From contig CAVOHZ010000008.1 in assembly GCA_963695855.1 (NCBI GenBank), positions 352,001 through 416,000 of the forward strand: a DNA stretch of 64,000 bases. Reading direction: 5' to 3'. The stretch is from an uncultured Nitrososphaerales archaeon (GTDB lineage Archaea; Thermoproteota; Nitrososphaeria; Nitrososphaerales; Nitrososphaeraceae). The notes beneath the pieces were generated by a model. It did no database searches, was not told the DNA's origin, and saw only the letters and a list, made by a program, of their open reading frames with translations. A program made the position numbers and the translations under genes. The stretch's first letter is position 1; the number at the start of each line of letters is the position of its first letter. Shown one piece after another: positions 32,615 to 44,498 of this stretch.

Positions 32615-34078
32615 ATGAATAGTGAAAGTGTATTCGATTTAATAGTTATAGGAACAGGATCAGCTGCATCAGCAGCTGCTCATGAATGTCGTTCAAAAGG
32701 ATGGAGTGTATCTATAATAGATTCATTACCCTTTGGAGGCACATGTACATTACGTGGATGCGATCCAAAGAAGGTGTTAGTGGAAGCAGCCAAGATTATC
32801 GACTCAAACCAGAGACATCAGAATAAAGGTATAACTGGTTCACAGGGAATAAATATAAAATGGTCAGATTTGATACGTTTCAAACGCACTTTTACTGAAC
32901 CTTTTCCTGAACATAGAGAAAATGGCTACATCAAAGCTGGAATCAACGTATTTCATGGTCATGCTAAATTCATTGACAGAAATAACATTCAAGTTGAAGA
33001 AAATAATAATAATAATAATAATGATAATAAAAAGAAAACCACTGTTCTTAATAGTAGATATATTCTAATAGCAACCGGGGCAAAACCTATGAATCTGAAT
33101 ATTCTTGGGTCAGAGAATATTATTACGAGCGATGATTTCCTAGAGTTTAGTGAAGATCGTTTACCTGATAGAATTGTATTTGTAGGAGGTGGATATATCT
33201 CATTTGAATTTGCGCATATTGCTGCTCGTGCAGGAGTAAAGAAGATTACTATTCTACATCGAGGCAAACAACCATTAGAGCACTTCGATCCAGACCTTGT
33301 GAATCAATTGGTCCTACGGTCTCGAGATATCGGGATAAACGTGCAGGTTGGAAGAACTGTCAAGAAAATCGAAAAGCTGTCTGACGATAAATTACTAGTT
33401 ATACATTCAAGTAGTAATGTTTCAGACACTTCTATAACTACTACAGAGGAGAAAATGATTTCAGACGAGCAAATAGACGAAGCTGACTTGGTAGTACATG
33501 GAGCAGGCAGGATACCAAATATTGAAGGACTAAATCTAATTGCAGGCAATATAGAACATACTGACGGTAGAGGTATAAAAGTAAATGAATATCTCCAAAG
33601 TGTTTCAAATCCATCTGTATATGCAGCAGGCGATGTTGCAGACAGTGGAGGTCTACCATTAACTCCGGTAGCAAGTTATGAAGGTGTTATTGTAGCAAAT
33701 AATTTAATCAATGGAAATACTCTTAAATCAAACTATACTGGCTTGCCAAGTGTTGTATTTACTATTCCTCCTCTAACGTCAGTAGGTATGCAAGAAAAAG
33801 AAGCCAAACAAAGTGGATTACAATTTAGAACCAAATACGAAAAAACTGACAGCTGGGCATCATCAAAAAGAGTAGGCGAGACTTGTTCAGGATTTAAGGT
33901 ATTAATTGAGAAAGATACTGATCGAATTTTAGGCGCTCACATACTGGGTCCACATGCTGAAGAAGTCATTAACATTTTCTCTTTAGCTATTCGATTAGGA
34001 CTATCTGCGAAGGATCTTAAGGATCCTTTATTGTATACCTATCCGACTAACTCATCGGATGTTGTATATATGTTATAA
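32615..34078 (+). CDS. Class I pyridine nucleotide-disulfide oxidoreductase (glutathione reductase/DLDH-like)
   Basis: GTGSA, GGTCTLRGCDPKK redox disulfide, GGGYISFEFA, YAAGD and C-terminal YPT. Confidence 0.92.
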   Translation: MNSESVFDLIVIGTGSAASAAAHECRSKGWSVSIIDSLPFGGTCTLRGCDPKKVLVEAAKIIDSNQRHQNKGITGSQGINIKWSDLIRFKRTFTEPFPEHRENGYIKAGINVFHGHAKFIDRNNIQVEENNNNNNNDNKKKTTVLNSRYILIATGAKPMNLNILGSENIITSDDFLEFSEDRLPDRIVFVGGGYISFEFAHIAARAGVKKITILHRGKQPLEHFDPDLVNQLVLRSRDIGINVQVGRTVKKIEKLSDDKLLVIHSSSNVSDTSITTTEEKMISDEQIDEADLVVHGAGRIPNIEGLNLIAGNIEHTDGRGIKVNEYLQSVSNPSVYAAGDVADSGGLPLTPVASYEGVIVANNLINGNTLKSNYTGLPSVVFTIPPLTSVGMQEKEAKQSGLQFRTKYEKTDSWASSKRVGETCSGFKVLIEKDTDRILGAHILGPHAEEVINIFSLAIRLGLSAKDLKDPLLYTYPTNSSDVVYML

Positions 34079-35039
34079 TCAATTGTTATCTACATATTTT
34101 TCTAACTAAATTAAATAAGATCCAAAAAACTGCGATTATTCTTATCACAATAAAATTAATATATTTTATAAACTCTGACCAAGAAACTAAATGTAACGCA
34201 TAGGTAGCGACCGTGCTATGTTCGATTTCTTTGAAACAGAAGTATGGACATTAGAATAGAAATAGAACATTCATAGCTAAATCGAGACAGTTAAATTAAT
34301 GCGTAATAGCTTTAACATGACGTTCATTCTATTTTTATTTTTTATAATATTGAAAGCCAATTACCTTCAATGTATCGCAATAATTCTATAGTCAAAAACT
34401 AATCTAGACTGTTAGTAAAAATTAAAAAAATTGTTAAAATAATACATATCTATTCATGTGTCAGAATAACAATTTGTTTCTGACGATCTTCATATTATTT
34501 AATATAGCTAGCTTTATAATTATGTAACCTTAATTTCATGTTACTCAAATAAACCTGTATGATAATGATTTAAATAGAAAGAGTATTTACTACTAATCTA
34601 TATATTTTATTTATCATGTACATTGAATTTCTTATTTATGAAGATGCTAAAACTACAGGAGAATCAAATAAATCCAAAAAATGATTGAATTATATTAGAG
34701 CAATGTTGTTTATATGAATATACACTTATAATTCTAATTTGACGTTACTTATAATATCAATTTCCAAAGAATTTTAAGATTCTTTATATTTTTATAGGAA
34801 CTTGAAAAGAATGTCATATCAAGTGTCCATGAAATCGATTTATTTAAATTGAAAAAATACTTTTTATAAACTTAATTAAATTAAATTAAATTCAAAATAT
34901 AGCTAATATGTTGCGCAAAAGTTGATATTCATATTCCAAGTAGAATCAACAAATGTGTTATTGCTCTAGTCATTTATAAAATTTTCCCTAAACTCAAAAA
35001 TATAATTTATTAGTAACCCATCATATCAATAGATCACAA

Positions 35040-35501
35040 ATGCCCGTTCCAAATTCAGTTTATTCCTATGGTCTAATGATCGCTGGATCAGTTTTTATTG
35101 CTGTAGCAATATATTCAGTAATATATTCTAACACTTCTGTGAAAGTCGATCTCGATGGAGTTATTAAGCCTGGTTCACAAGATATACTTACTCCAAATAT
35201 GGAAATTGGAAGAAATACTGTATTAGAGGTATCAGGATCGCTCTTTAATGTATCTATAACATTTCCTAATAAAACATCCTACCTACTGATAAATAATGCT
35301 TCTAACTTTGAATATGATATTGAAGCTAAACAAAATGGAGAGCATATAATAAAAATCTTTAATTTTGGAAATTCTGAAGTTCTTATTGACGGATATGCTT
35401 ATACTAAGGGAAATCAAATTGCTCTAGTTGGTCAATTAATGTTACTGGCTACAGGGATAGTAATTCTGTGGATGGGTATAAGAATTAGAAGAAGAAATTA
35501 A
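35040..35501 (+). CDS. Hypothetical membrane-anchored protein
   Basis: N- and C-terminal TM helices around a beta-rich domain. Confidence 0.75.
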   Translation: MPVPNSVYSYGLMIAGSVFIAVAIYSVIYSNTSVKVDLDGVIKPGSQDILTPNMEIGRNTVLEVSGSLFNVSITFPNKTSYLLINNASNFEYDIEAKQNGEHIIKIFNFGNSEVLIDGYAYTKGNQIALVGQLMLLATGIVILWMGIRIRRRN

Positions 35502-36322
35502 AATATTCCTTTTTTATAGGAACCTAATAATTTATAAAATTTTGATTTCTTTTTTATATTCTCTAAAGTTCTTTTTATCTTTTGATCCATATAATGTCCT
35601 TCCAAATCAACATAAAAATAATATTCCCACGGAGTCTCCTTGGTTGGACGGGATTCAATTTTAGTTAGATTGATACTCTCTTTGGCAAATTCATTTAATA
35701 CCTTAAATAATGATCCCGGACTATGTTCTAAGCCAAATATTATTGATGTTCTATCATTACCTGTTGACTTTGTTGTTATTTTTTTTGAAATTACAAAAAA
35801 CCTAGTAAAATTATTCTTTCTATCCTCTATTCCTTCATCAATGATTTTCATCTCATATAATTCTGCAGCCCATTTACTTGCAATTGCTGCTGAATCTGTC
35901 ATATTGTCTTCTTTGACCATTTTTACCGCTCCTGCAGTATCGTATGAAGGAATAGGTTCTAGTTTTTTTTGGTAGATATATTCTCTGCATTGAGCAAGAG
36001 CCTGAGGATGTGAAAATACTCTTAATATTTTTTCATCATGTCGCTGATTAACGATTAAACAATGATGAATCCTTTGGAAAATTTCGCCAACTATTTGTAT
36101 TCTATTTTTTAATAGTAAATCATAATTTTCATTCACACTACCCTCTATAGAGTTTTCTATTGGGACGACTGCAAGATCATTTTCGCTTCTTACGACCGAA
36201 TCAAAGACTTGTTGAAAAGATCTCATGGGTACTGTAATAGAGTCTGGAAAAAGTGTCAAAACTGCCATTTCACTATAAGCTCCATTTTCTCCTTGAAAAG
36301 CGACTTTATGTTTAATTTCCAA
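35498..36322 (-). CDS. pheA: Prephenate dehydratase with ACT domain
   Basis: AFQGENGAYSE, PIENSIEG, SHPQALAQC, NFTRF and LTKIESRP motifs. Confidence 0.96.
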   Translation of the reverse strand: MEIKHKVAFQGENGAYSEMAVLTLFPDSITVPMRSFQQVFDSVVRSENDLAVVPIENSIEGSVNENYDLLLKNRIQIVGEIFQRIHHCLIVNQRHDEKILRVFSHPQALAQCREYIYQKKLEPIPSYDTAGAVKMVKEDNMTDSAAIASKWAAELYEMKIIDEGIEDRKNNFTRFFVISKKITTKSTGNDRTSIIFGLEHSPGSLFKVLNEFAKESINLTKIESRPTKETPWEYYFYVDLEGHYMDQKIKRTLENIKKKSKFYKLLGSYKKGIF

Positions 36323-36452
36323 TTTTAATATTATAACAGAAACGGATCTTTTATGTTTGATGCATCATTTTTTTATTTTAGTTTATTTTAAATTATATTA
36401 TATTATATTGAAACATTTCAATATTTTCTAGATTTAAATTAACTTGAGACAT

Positions 36453-38276
36453 CTAATTTGTTTTAAATAGCTTGATTTCTGTTGATGTCAAAATAGCGTT
36501 TAAAAGTTTTTTTCCATATTCTGATCTCTTGTCAATTTTTATCCTAGCTTTTTTCCCAATTTGAGAACTAAACAAAAATTCATTATCGACATAAATCCCA
36601 ACATTTGCACCTATTTCTTTGTTGTTAATTATGAATAATATTGATGAACCAGATTCATTAATTTGATAATCTACATTATTTCCAAGGACAGGAGTCTTTG
36701 CTTCAATATCAATTTTCATTCCTATTATTTCTTCTAATTCTGTAACAGTAGCTCCACCTTTTCCTATTATTCTCGGAATGAATTCCTTGTCTACCTTTAT
36801 TCTTACTTTGTTATTGGATACTATTTCTATTTCAGCATTAGGATCGAATCTTCTTACCACATCTTTGATTTTGGATTCTGCTATTTTCTTAAGTTTATTA
36901 TTTGACTCTTTGTTTGATGATATTTCTCTTACAGGCACTACAATATTTTCCTCACCGTAGGTATAAATCTCATATTCTAATTGACCTGTTTCATAGTCAA
37001 AAATTTCAACTAAAGGTCTAGCAAGATCTTCTTCAACCATTCCTGAAGGAACCTTAACGGTTAATCTAAGATCATAGACCTTGTTTATTAAACCGTCTTT
37101 TAAAAATATTATTGTATCCAAAATATGGGGAATCATTCCCATCTCTATTTTACCAATAAATCTCTGAACCGCATCTATAGGACTATTAGCATGAATAATT
37201 CCAATCATTCCAACTCCTGAAAGTCTCATGTCTGCGAATACGTTAAAATCTCTAATCCTTCTGATCTCATCAAAAATAGTGTAATCTGGTCTAACCAGTA
37301 GTAATATATCAACCGATTTTTCAAAACTTCCTTCTAGTGGGCTATATTGTGTAACTTCTTTTGGTACCTGCAAATCTCTTGGTGATTCAAACGTTTTTAC
37401 TATTTTACCTTTTTTTGTATAATATTCTGCGAGACTACTGGCTAATGTACTCTTTCCTGAACCCGGGGGTCCAGCTATAACGATTCCTTCTGCTTTTTCA
37501 TCTAAACGTTTCAAAAGTTTTTCACTTAATTTGTAGTCATCCAATGAAAGATGAACTATTGGTCTAACAATGGTAATTTCGATGGCATCTGAAAATGGAG
37601 GTCGAGTTATGGTTATTCTATATGTACCAAATTGAATAACATTAGCTCCTTCTCGATTTATTTCATATAATTTGTTAGCGTTAGGTGGATTAAATTCATA
37701 GATCTCTTTGATTAACTCCTTCAGAAAGTCGCTGTTTATCGCTTTTTCATCTAATCTTACTAGCTGAAAATTTCCTGGACGTCCAATCTTAGCATACGGA
37801 CAAACCCCATCTTTTAAGTGAACACTCATCGTTTGTTCGGAAAAGAATTTTTCAAATTTGAATTCTTTAATTTTATTATTTGGTTTTATGAGAATGGATT
37901 CAATTCCTTGTGCTAAAGCTGCAATATGTTGAACGTAATCCGCAGTAATGATAATTCCCTCTTCTTCTAATGCAATTTGATTGATAATGGCATCAATCCT
38001 TCCATGTTTTGCTAATAGTATGTCATCATAATCTGGTCTTTTTCCCGAAAAACTTAATTTAATTGTTCTTTTTCGACATTCTTCCCTTATCTCTTTAATT
38101 TCTTGTAAACCCACAAAACCATGTTCTCTATTTGTTGATGCCTGTGCTTGTAGTTCATCCAAAACTGCATGAGGAATTATTATTTCATCATTTTCGTTTA
38201 TTTTACCTGAATACAACATTTTGGTTATTTCTTTATCGATTACTATACTTGTGTCTAAGACAAACTTTTTCCCCAA
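36453..38276 (-). CDS. PIN-domain ATPase with KH domain (PINA family)
   Basis: N-terminal VLDTS PIN motif, Walker A GPPGSGKST, ESPRDLQ, FDEIR and KH motif IIGKGG. Confidence 0.92.
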   Translation of the reverse strand: MGKKFVLDTSIVIDKEITKMLYSGKINENDEIIIPHAVLDELQAQASTNREHGFVGLQEIKEIREECRKRTIKLSFSGKRPDYDDILLAKHGRIDAIINQIALEEEGIIITADYVQHIAALAQGIESILIKPNNKIKEFKFEKFFSEQTMSVHLKDGVCPYAKIGRPGNFQLVRLDEKAINSDFLKELIKEIYEFNPPNANKLYEINREGANVIQFGTYRITITRPPFSDAIEITIVRPIVHLSLDDYKLSEKLLKRLDEKAEGIVIAGPPGSGKSTLASSLAEYYTKKGKIVKTFESPRDLQVPKEVTQYSPLEGSFEKSVDILLLVRPDYTIFDEIRRIRDFNVFADMRLSGVGMIGIIHANSPIDAVQRFIGKIEMGMIPHILDTIIFLKDGLINKVYDLRLTVKVPSGMVEEDLARPLVEIFDYETGQLEYEIYTYGEENIVVPVREISSNKESNNKLKKIAESKIKDVVRRFDPNAEIEIVSNNKVRIKVDKEFIPRIIGKGGATVTELEEIIGMKIDIEAKTPVLGNNVDYQINESGSSILFIINNKEIGANVGIYVDNEFLFSSQIGKKARIKIDKRSEYGKKLLNAILTSTEIKLFKTN

Positions 38277-38472
38277 TTAATTCATATTTGTATTTCATCT
38301 AGCGTAATTAAGATTTATTCTCTTGTTGCGAAACATTTATTCATTTATCTCCTTTATTGTGTGGTTTACATTTGACAGACATTGGATAATGGTTAGCTAG
38401 CTTTTAGAATGTTAATTACCAAAAATATTGAACACCCTTTGATTTAAAAAGAAATCAACTATTATTTTTGAG

Positions 38473-38988
38473 ATGGTTATACTATCAAAGGAAAATAATA
38501 AACTAAGGCTGGAGGAATTTCGTATATTGTTAAAATATATGCCTTTTTTACAAAAAAATGGATTTTCTGATTGTGGGCGTGGTCAAATTATAGGTCAAAT
38601 GTTCCTATTACAAGAATTTCTTAATGAAAACCAAATAAATAATGAAGTTGTAAATATACAACAAGAGAATTCTGTTTTAAATGATAGTTTACAAGATAAT
38701 ACTTCCAATACGGAATCTCCTCCACCACAATATTACGAAACTGTTCAACCTACGGAGTCCAAATCATCTAACACCGAACCCAAAAATAAAACCTTTGACT
38801 TGAACAGTCTAATTTTAGAAGACGAAAATACGACAGATGAGGAAAATAAACTTGGTTCTCGTTGGTTGCGACCTTTTAAAACTGATGACAATGTAAAGAA
38901 AAAACCACTAGACTATTTTGAGAAGAATGAGATTACACAATCTTGGAAAGAAAAAATAAGGAAAATGACTCAAACCGATATACTCTAA
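38473..38988 (+). CDS. Hypothetical protein
   Basis: 171-aa ATG ORF, low-complexity middle. Confidence 0.6.
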   Translation: MVILSKENNKLRLEEFRILLKYMPFLQKNGFSDCGRGQIIGQMFLLQEFLNENQINNEVVNIQQENSVLNDSLQDNTSNTESPPPQYYETVQPTESKSSNTEPKNKTFDLNSLILEDENTTDEENKLGSRWLRPFKTDDNVKKKPLDYFEKNEITQSWKEKIRKMTQTDIL

Positions 38989-39000
38989 TTTTTAATGTAT

Positions 39001-40146
39001 TTATTTTTCATCAATCAGCATTCTCAATGCTGATTTAAATTCATCATTTGATAGCAGTGGAATTTCTGCTATTTTGATATTTTCCTTAACATGTTCCATT
39101 TTTTTCTGACCTAAAAGTGGAGCTATTATCCCTGGAGTCGATCTTATTATCTGAACTAATTTCAAAATTTGGTTGGTGATATTTTCTGCATAATCGGGAA
39201 TATTGGTATTTAATAATCTTCCCTGAAAAAGTGGAACACTAGAGAATACTCCAATCTGTAATTTCATGGCAGCATCTAGTATTGTTAGATTTTTCTCTTG
39301 GTCAATAGCTTGGTTCTTCAGAAAAAGAGCTTCACTGTATGCTAAATTATATGGAAGTTGAATGAAACGAAACCCATGTTCTTTTCCACCAACATTCCGA
39401 GCTAAATTATGTATCTCCTCAAGTGATAAATAATCTTTATTATCTTCATTTACACGAAAACATGTCCAAGTAGCCATTCCATAATACCTTATTCTCTTCT
39501 CGTTTCGGAATTTCTCATAAACTTCAAATACTTTATATAACATTTCTAAAAATTCTTTTTTGCTAACATCTTGATTCCAACTTTCAAAAGGATTATGGAT
39601 ATAAAGAAGATCCACTGTTTTCAATTTTAGATTGCATATAGATCTTTCAATACATTTTGATATGTAATTTGGGTTGAGAACATTATATCCTGAACTTATG
39701 TCTGCTGCTTTAATAACTCCAGTGGCTATGTACATTTTTTGCATATATTGTAACACATCAATTTGAGGAAAATCTCCATCATTTGTAATATATCCATTCT
39801 TTGTACTAATAAATATCTCATCTCGTGTGATTATTCCATCTTTTACTAATCTTTGCAATGCTCTTCCTATGCTTTTTTCCGATTTCATTGCCCTGTAGTT
39901 AATTGCAGTATCTATAACATTAATTGCGCCGGCTTTTACAGATTCATAAAGTGCATCTTCTATCTCTTTATCTTCATGTGCAGATAGATTTCCTAAATAA
40001 GTACCCATTCCAATACTTGATAGATATAAATCGTCAAATTTTTTGAAATGAGATTCTGCATTACCTTTTTTTAGTGAATTTTCCTTGAATCTTTTTGTTC
40101 CTTCAGTTGAAGCAAATCCTTCCAAATAAGAATTTTCATTTGACAA
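39001..40146 (-). CDS. Aldo/keto reductase
   Basis: IGMGT, IDTAINY, ISTK, DLLYIHNP and IQLPYN motifs. Confidence 0.9.
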   Translation of the reverse strand: MSNENSYLEGFASTEGTKRFKENSLKKGNAESHFKKFDDLYLSSIGMGTYLGNLSAHEDKEIEDALYESVKAGAINVIDTAINYRAMKSEKSIGRALQRLVKDGIITRDEIFISTKNGYITNDGDFPQIDVLQYMQKMYIATGVIKAADISSGYNVLNPNYISKCIERSICNLKLKTVDLLYIHNPFESWNQDVSKKEFLEMLYKVFEVYEKFRNEKRIRYYGMATWTCFRVNEDNKDYLSLEEIHNLARNVGGKEHGFRFIQLPYNLAYSEALFLKNQAIDQEKNLTILDAAMKLQIGVFSSVPLFQGRLLNTNIPDYAENITNQILKLVQIIRSTPGIIAPLLGQKKMEHVKENIKIAEIPLLSNDEFKSALRMLIDEK

Positions 40147-40240
40147 TAAAGTAAGTAGTTTTTATCTTCATATATTTTTAGTTGTTTTTTTTTATTTTCG
40201 CAAACAAAGGTGTATATGTAGTCGTTTCAAAATACTTGAC

Positions 40241-42541
40241 GTGAATAATAATTTGCCGGGTAGTAGTGTTAGTAGTGGTAGTGGTGGTTCCGGTACTGGC
40301 AGTATAGGTGGTAATAACAATAATAATAATAATAATAATAATAGCACAAGTGGTCCAGGTGCAGGAATATCTGATCACAACGCTTCTCTTAAAGTACTAG
40401 AGGCATACACACGTGATGTAGGTCGCGGAATTGCTCGAATTGATTATGACACTATGGATTCTTTAGCTGTTTCTACTGGTGATGTTGTAGAAATCAGAGG
40501 AAAGCGAAGAACCACTGCAAAATGTCTACCACTTTATCCTTCAGATGAAGGAAAAGGTATCATCAGAATTGATGGTCTTGTAAGAAATAATTCTGGAATT
40601 GCGATAGGTGATAGTGTTATAGTAAGAAAGATAAAAGCAGTTCCAGCTGAAAAAGCAATAGTGGCTCCTCTTGAAGCCATTCCTCCAATAGATGAACGTT
40701 ATCTTGCAGATGCACTGGAAAGTGTCCCAATTATCAAGGGAGATAACGTCATGGTTCCATACTTTGGAGGACGTCTAACATTTCAAGTTATTGGTGTTAC
40801 ACCTGCCAATGCAGATGCTGTACTTGTAACGCAGAAAACCATATTCCACATAGCAGAAAAAGGCGAGACTCTACGTGGAGTGCCACAAGTTACATATGAA
40901 GATATAGGTGGATTACGAGAAGAGATACAAAAAGTACGAGAAATGATTGAACTCCCATTAAGACATCCAGAAATATTTGAGAAATTGGGAATAGAGGCTC
41001 CAAAAGGTGTTCTTTTACATGGACCACCTGGAACAGGTAAAACTCTGCTTGCCAAAGCAGTTGCCAATGAAAGTAATTCTCATTTCATAAGCATTTCTGG
41101 TCCAGAAATCATGAGCAAGTTTTATGGAGAGTCTGAAGCCCGTCTTAGGGAAATATTCAAAGAAGCAAAAGAAAAGGCTCCCTCCATAATGTTTGTTGAC
41201 GAGATAGATTCAATCGCTCCAAAAAGAGAGGAAGTAACAGGCGAGGTGGAAAGAAGAGTTGTATCACAATTATTATCGTTAATGGATGGTCTTGAAGCAA
41301 GAGGTAAAGTTATAGTAATAGCCGCAACAAACAGACCAAATGCACTAGATCAAGCACTACGAAGACCGGGTCGTTTTGATAGAGAAATAGAGATCAAAGT
41401 CCCTGATAAACGTGGGAGATTGGAGATTTTACAGATTCATACCCGTAACATGCCACTTGATACAGATGTAGATCAAGACAAGATAGCAGCAATTACTCAT
41501 GGATTTGTTGGAGCTGATCTGGAATATCTATGTAAAGAAGCAGCAATGAAATGTCTTAGACGTCTTCTGCCAGAACTAAATCTAGAAGATGAAAAACTAG
41601 CACCAGAAGTATTGAACAAATTAATCATAACCATGAGCGATTTTAATCATGCTATAAAAGATGTAACGCCATCAGCAATGAGAGAAGTCTATCTGGAACC
41701 ACCAGAAGTACATTGGCCTGATATAGGTGGACTGGAAGAAGTTAAACATGAACTGCAAGAGGCAGTAGAATGGCCAATGCGTTTTCCAGATATGTACAAT
41801 AAACTAGGACATACCATACCAAAAGGTGTACTGTTATATGGTCCATCTGGAACAGGCAAGACCATGCTAGCTAAGGCCGTTGCAACAGAATCTGAAGCCA
41901 ATTTTATCAGTGTTAAAGGACCTGAACTGCTATCAAAATGGGTTGGTGAATCTGAAAAAGGCATTCGTGAAATCTTTAGACGCGCACGACAGGCCTCACC
42001 ATGTGTGATATTTTTTGATGAAATAGATTCTATAGCTCCTATCAGAGGGATGGAAGGGTCTGGTCATGCCAGTACAGAAAGGATGGTGTCCCAATTACTA
42101 ACAGAAATGGATGGTATTCAAGCTCTTTCTGGTGTAGTGGTTCTTGCTGCCACCAACCGTGCTGATATGATTGACCCTGCATTACTAAGACCAGGTAGAT
42201 TTGACAAGATAGTCTATGTGCCAAATCCCGACGTCAAGACAAGACAAAGAATACTGGATCTCAATATACAGGGAAAACCTGTCGGCAACGATCTGGACCT
42301 AGTACGCATAGCAGAGATAACAGACAGCTTTAGTGGAGCAGATGTTGCCGCCGTTGTGAATACTGCAATATCTCTTGTATTGCATGAATACATAGCAAAA
42401 TATCCTACACCTGAAGAAGCATCAAAACACACCATGGAAGCCAAGGTCACAATGCGTCACTTTGAAGACGCAGTAAGAAAGGTAAAGAATCAAAGAGAGA
42501 TGAAACCTGGAACAAAGAGTGGACATGTACAATACGGATAA
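40241..42541 (+). CDS. cdc48: Cdc48/VCP-like AAA+ ATPase
   Basis: Two AAA modules ([22 protein letters not shown] twice) and N domain; Gly/Ser/Asn-rich N-terminal extension. Confidence 0.96.
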   Translation: MNNNLPGSSVSSGSGGSGTGSIGGNNNNNNNNNNSTSGPGAGISDHNASLKVLEAYTRDVGRGIARIDYDTMDSLAVSTGDVVEIRGKRRTTAKCLPLYPSDEGKGIIRIDGLVRNNSGIAIGDSVIVRKIKAVPAEKAIVAPLEAIPPIDERYLADALESVPIIKGDNVMVPYFGGRLTFQVIGVTPANADAVLVTQKTIFHIAEKGETLRGVPQVTYEDIGGLREEIQKVREMIELPLRHPEIFEKLGIEAPKGVLLHGPPGTGKTLLAKAVANESNSHFISISGPEIMSKFYGESEARLREIFKEAKEKAPSIMFVDEIDSIAPKREEVTGEVERRVVSQLLSLMDGLEARGKVIVIAATNRPNALDQALRRPGRFDREIEIKVPDKRGRLEILQIHTRNMPLDTDVDQDKIAAITHGFVGADLEYLCKEAAMKCLRRLLPELNLEDEKLAPEVLNKLIITMSDFNHAIKDVTPSAMREVYLEPPEVHWPDIGGLEEVKHELQEAVEWPMRFPDMYNKLGHTIPKGVLLYGPSGTGKTMLAKAVATESEANFISVKGPELLSKWVGESEKGIREIFRRARQASPCVIFFDEIDSIAPIRGMEGSGHASTERMVSQLLTEMDGIQALSGVVVLAATNRADMIDPALLRPGRFDKIVYVPNPDVKTRQRILDLNIQGKPVGNDLDLVRIAEITDSFSGADVAAVVNTAISLVLHEYIAKYPTPEEASKHTMEAKVTMRHFEDAVRKVKNQREMKPGTKSGHVQYG

Positions 42542-42597
42542 CACGTCTAAATCAAAGCAAATAATTATCGATATTTTTTATTTTAAATGATTTTTTT

Positions 42598-42693
42598 TAT
42601 ATTTCAAGTTAAATTCTAATATATTTGAGTATATTTCAAGTTAAATTCTAATATATTTGAGTATATTTCAAGTTAAATTCTAATATATTTGAG
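42598..42693. repeat. Perfect intergenic tandem repeat, 32 bp x3
   Basis: TATATTTCAAGTTAAATTCTAATATATTTGAG at 42598, 42630 and 42662. Confidence 0.95.
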
Positions 42694-42791
42694 TTTTTTT
42701 ATTACTTACCTAATCACCTTATTATTTATATAATTATCTTTATATATTAAGAGAATTTAGATCAATCGATTTATAGGAAGATAGATAGATT

Positions 42792-44498
42792 ATGGAATTA
42801 ATACAGATATCTAATGTTACGAAAAAGGTTTCAACAACTAAAAAAACCATCAGATATACCCAAAGTATATGTCCAGATTGTAATATGATCTTAGATGCAG
42901 AAGTATTTGAAAGGGATGGTAAAGTCTTCATGACAAAGACGTGTGCATCACATGGTGAATGCGAAGAATTGTACTTTGGTTCTGTCGATATGTACAAAAA
43001 GTTTAGTACTTATTGGAAAGATGGTAAAGGTGCACATGCTCCCAATGTTATGGTAGATAAATGTGCATGTCCAACAAATTGTGGATTATGTACCAATCAT
43101 TTATCACATTCTGGATTATCTAACATGATAGTCACCAACAGATGTGATTTGACATGTTGGTATTGTTTCTTTTATGTAAAAAAGGGCCTTGAAGGTGCAT
43201 ATCTCTATGAACCTAACTATGAACAAATTAGAGCCATGATGAAAACCCTTAAAGCAGAAAGACCAATAGCAGGAAATTCAATTCAAATCACTGGTGGTGA
43301 ACCAATGTTACGCGATGATCTAACCGAAGTAATAAAAATTATGAAGGAAGAAGGAGTAGATCATGTTCAATTAAATACTAATGGTATCAAGTTAGCAATG
43401 TCTCCAGAAACAATGCGTCAAGTAAGAACAGCTGGTGTAAGCAATCTTTATCTTTCTTTTGATGGTGTTACTCCTCGAACTAATCCTAAAAACCATTGGG
43501 AGATACCATATACTCTTGAATCTGCACGAAAGTGTGGAATGACCGTAGTTTTTGTCCCAACTGTAATAAAATCTATAAACGATCACGAATTAGGAGGAAT
43601 AATTAGGTATGCTCAGAAGAACATGGATGTTGTTCATGCAGTCAACTTCCAACCTGTATCACTGACTGGTAGAATGGGCAAAAAGGAACGAGAAAAATAT
43701 AGGATAACAATCCCTGATTGTATTGAACGAATCGAAGAACAAACCAATGGTGAAATTTCAACAGATTCTTGGTTCCCAGTTCCATCTTGTATGCCAATGA
43801 CTGATGTAATTGAAGCATTCAGTAAAAAACCAAAATACGAGTTATCTATTCACTTTGCTTGTGGTGCAGGTACATATGTATTCGAAGATGTCCAAACTAA
43901 AAAATTAACTCCACTAACCTCTTTTGTAGATATTAAGGGCTTACTGGAATACTTTGAAGAAAAGGCAGACGAAATACGTTCCGGTGCTAATAGATACTGG
44001 CAAACGCTAGAAGTTGTACGTAAATTAAATCAATTTGTAGATAAAACAAAGCAACCTCATGGATTGGATTTAGCGAAGATGTTTTCTAGCATATTATTAA
44101 AACGTAATTTTGATGCAGTGGGTTCATGGCATGTTAGATCGCTTTTCCTTGGAATGATGCATTTCCAAGATAAATATAATGAAGATTTAGAAAGATTACA
44201 AAGATGCGATATTCATTATTTGACACCAGATCTTAGAATAGTACCTTTCTGTGCATTCAATGTTATTCCAGAGTGGTATAGAGATAGAATTCAAAAGAAA
44301 TATAGTATTCCAGTTGAAGAGTGGGAAAAAGCTCACGGTCAAACGTTAGAAGCTGGACTGTATCGAGGATTAATGCGACGTGGTAAACCAGAGGCACAAA
44401 TGGGTTGCGCATTATCTGAAATGCACAAGGCCGCTGCAGAAAGTGAAATAGAAGATCATAAGGCGGTAGAATTAAGAAGCGGTATGGCCGGAGCATAA
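42792..44498 (+). CDS. tes: Tetraether lipid synthase (Tes/GDGT-MAS), radical SAM
   Basis: N-terminal CPDC...C..HG metal site, CPTNCGLC..H, CDLTCWYC SAM cluster, and C-terminal RC.IHY..PD...PFC. Confidence 0.88.
   Translation: MELIQISNVTKKVSTTKKTIRYTQSICPDCNMILDAEVFERDGKVFMTKTCASHGECEELYFGSVDMYKKFSTYWKDGKGAHAPNVMVDKCACPTNCGLCTNHLSHSGLSNMIVTNRCDLTCWYCFFYVKKGLEGAYLYEPNYEQIRAMMKTLKAERPIAGNSIQITGGEPMLRDDLTEVIKIMKEEGVDHVQLNTNGIKLAMSPETMRQVRTAGVSNLYLSFDGVTPRTNPKNHWEIPYTLESARKCGMTVVFVPTVIKSINDHELGGIIRYAQKNMDVVHAVNFQPVSLTGRMGKKEREKYRITIPDCIERIEEQTNGEISTDSWFPVPSCMPMTDVIEAFSKKPKYELSIHFACGAGTYVFEDVQTKKLTPLTSFVDIKGLLEYFEEKADEIRSGANRYWQTLEVVRKLNQFVDKTKQPHGLDLAKMFSSILLKRNFDAVGSWHVRSLFLGMMHFQDKYNEDLERLQRCDIHYLTPDLRIVPFCAFNVIPEWYRDRIQKKYSIPVEEWEKAHGQTLEAGLYRGLMRRGKPEAQMGCALSEMHKAAAESEIEDHKAVELRSGMAGA

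Noticed and set aside
32615-34078. Mercuric reductase MerA
   Set aside because: Lacks the C-terminal Cys-Cys pair and any mer context.
42598-42693. Possible mini-CRISPR (32-bp repeat)
   Set aside because: Units are head-to-tail with no spacers.
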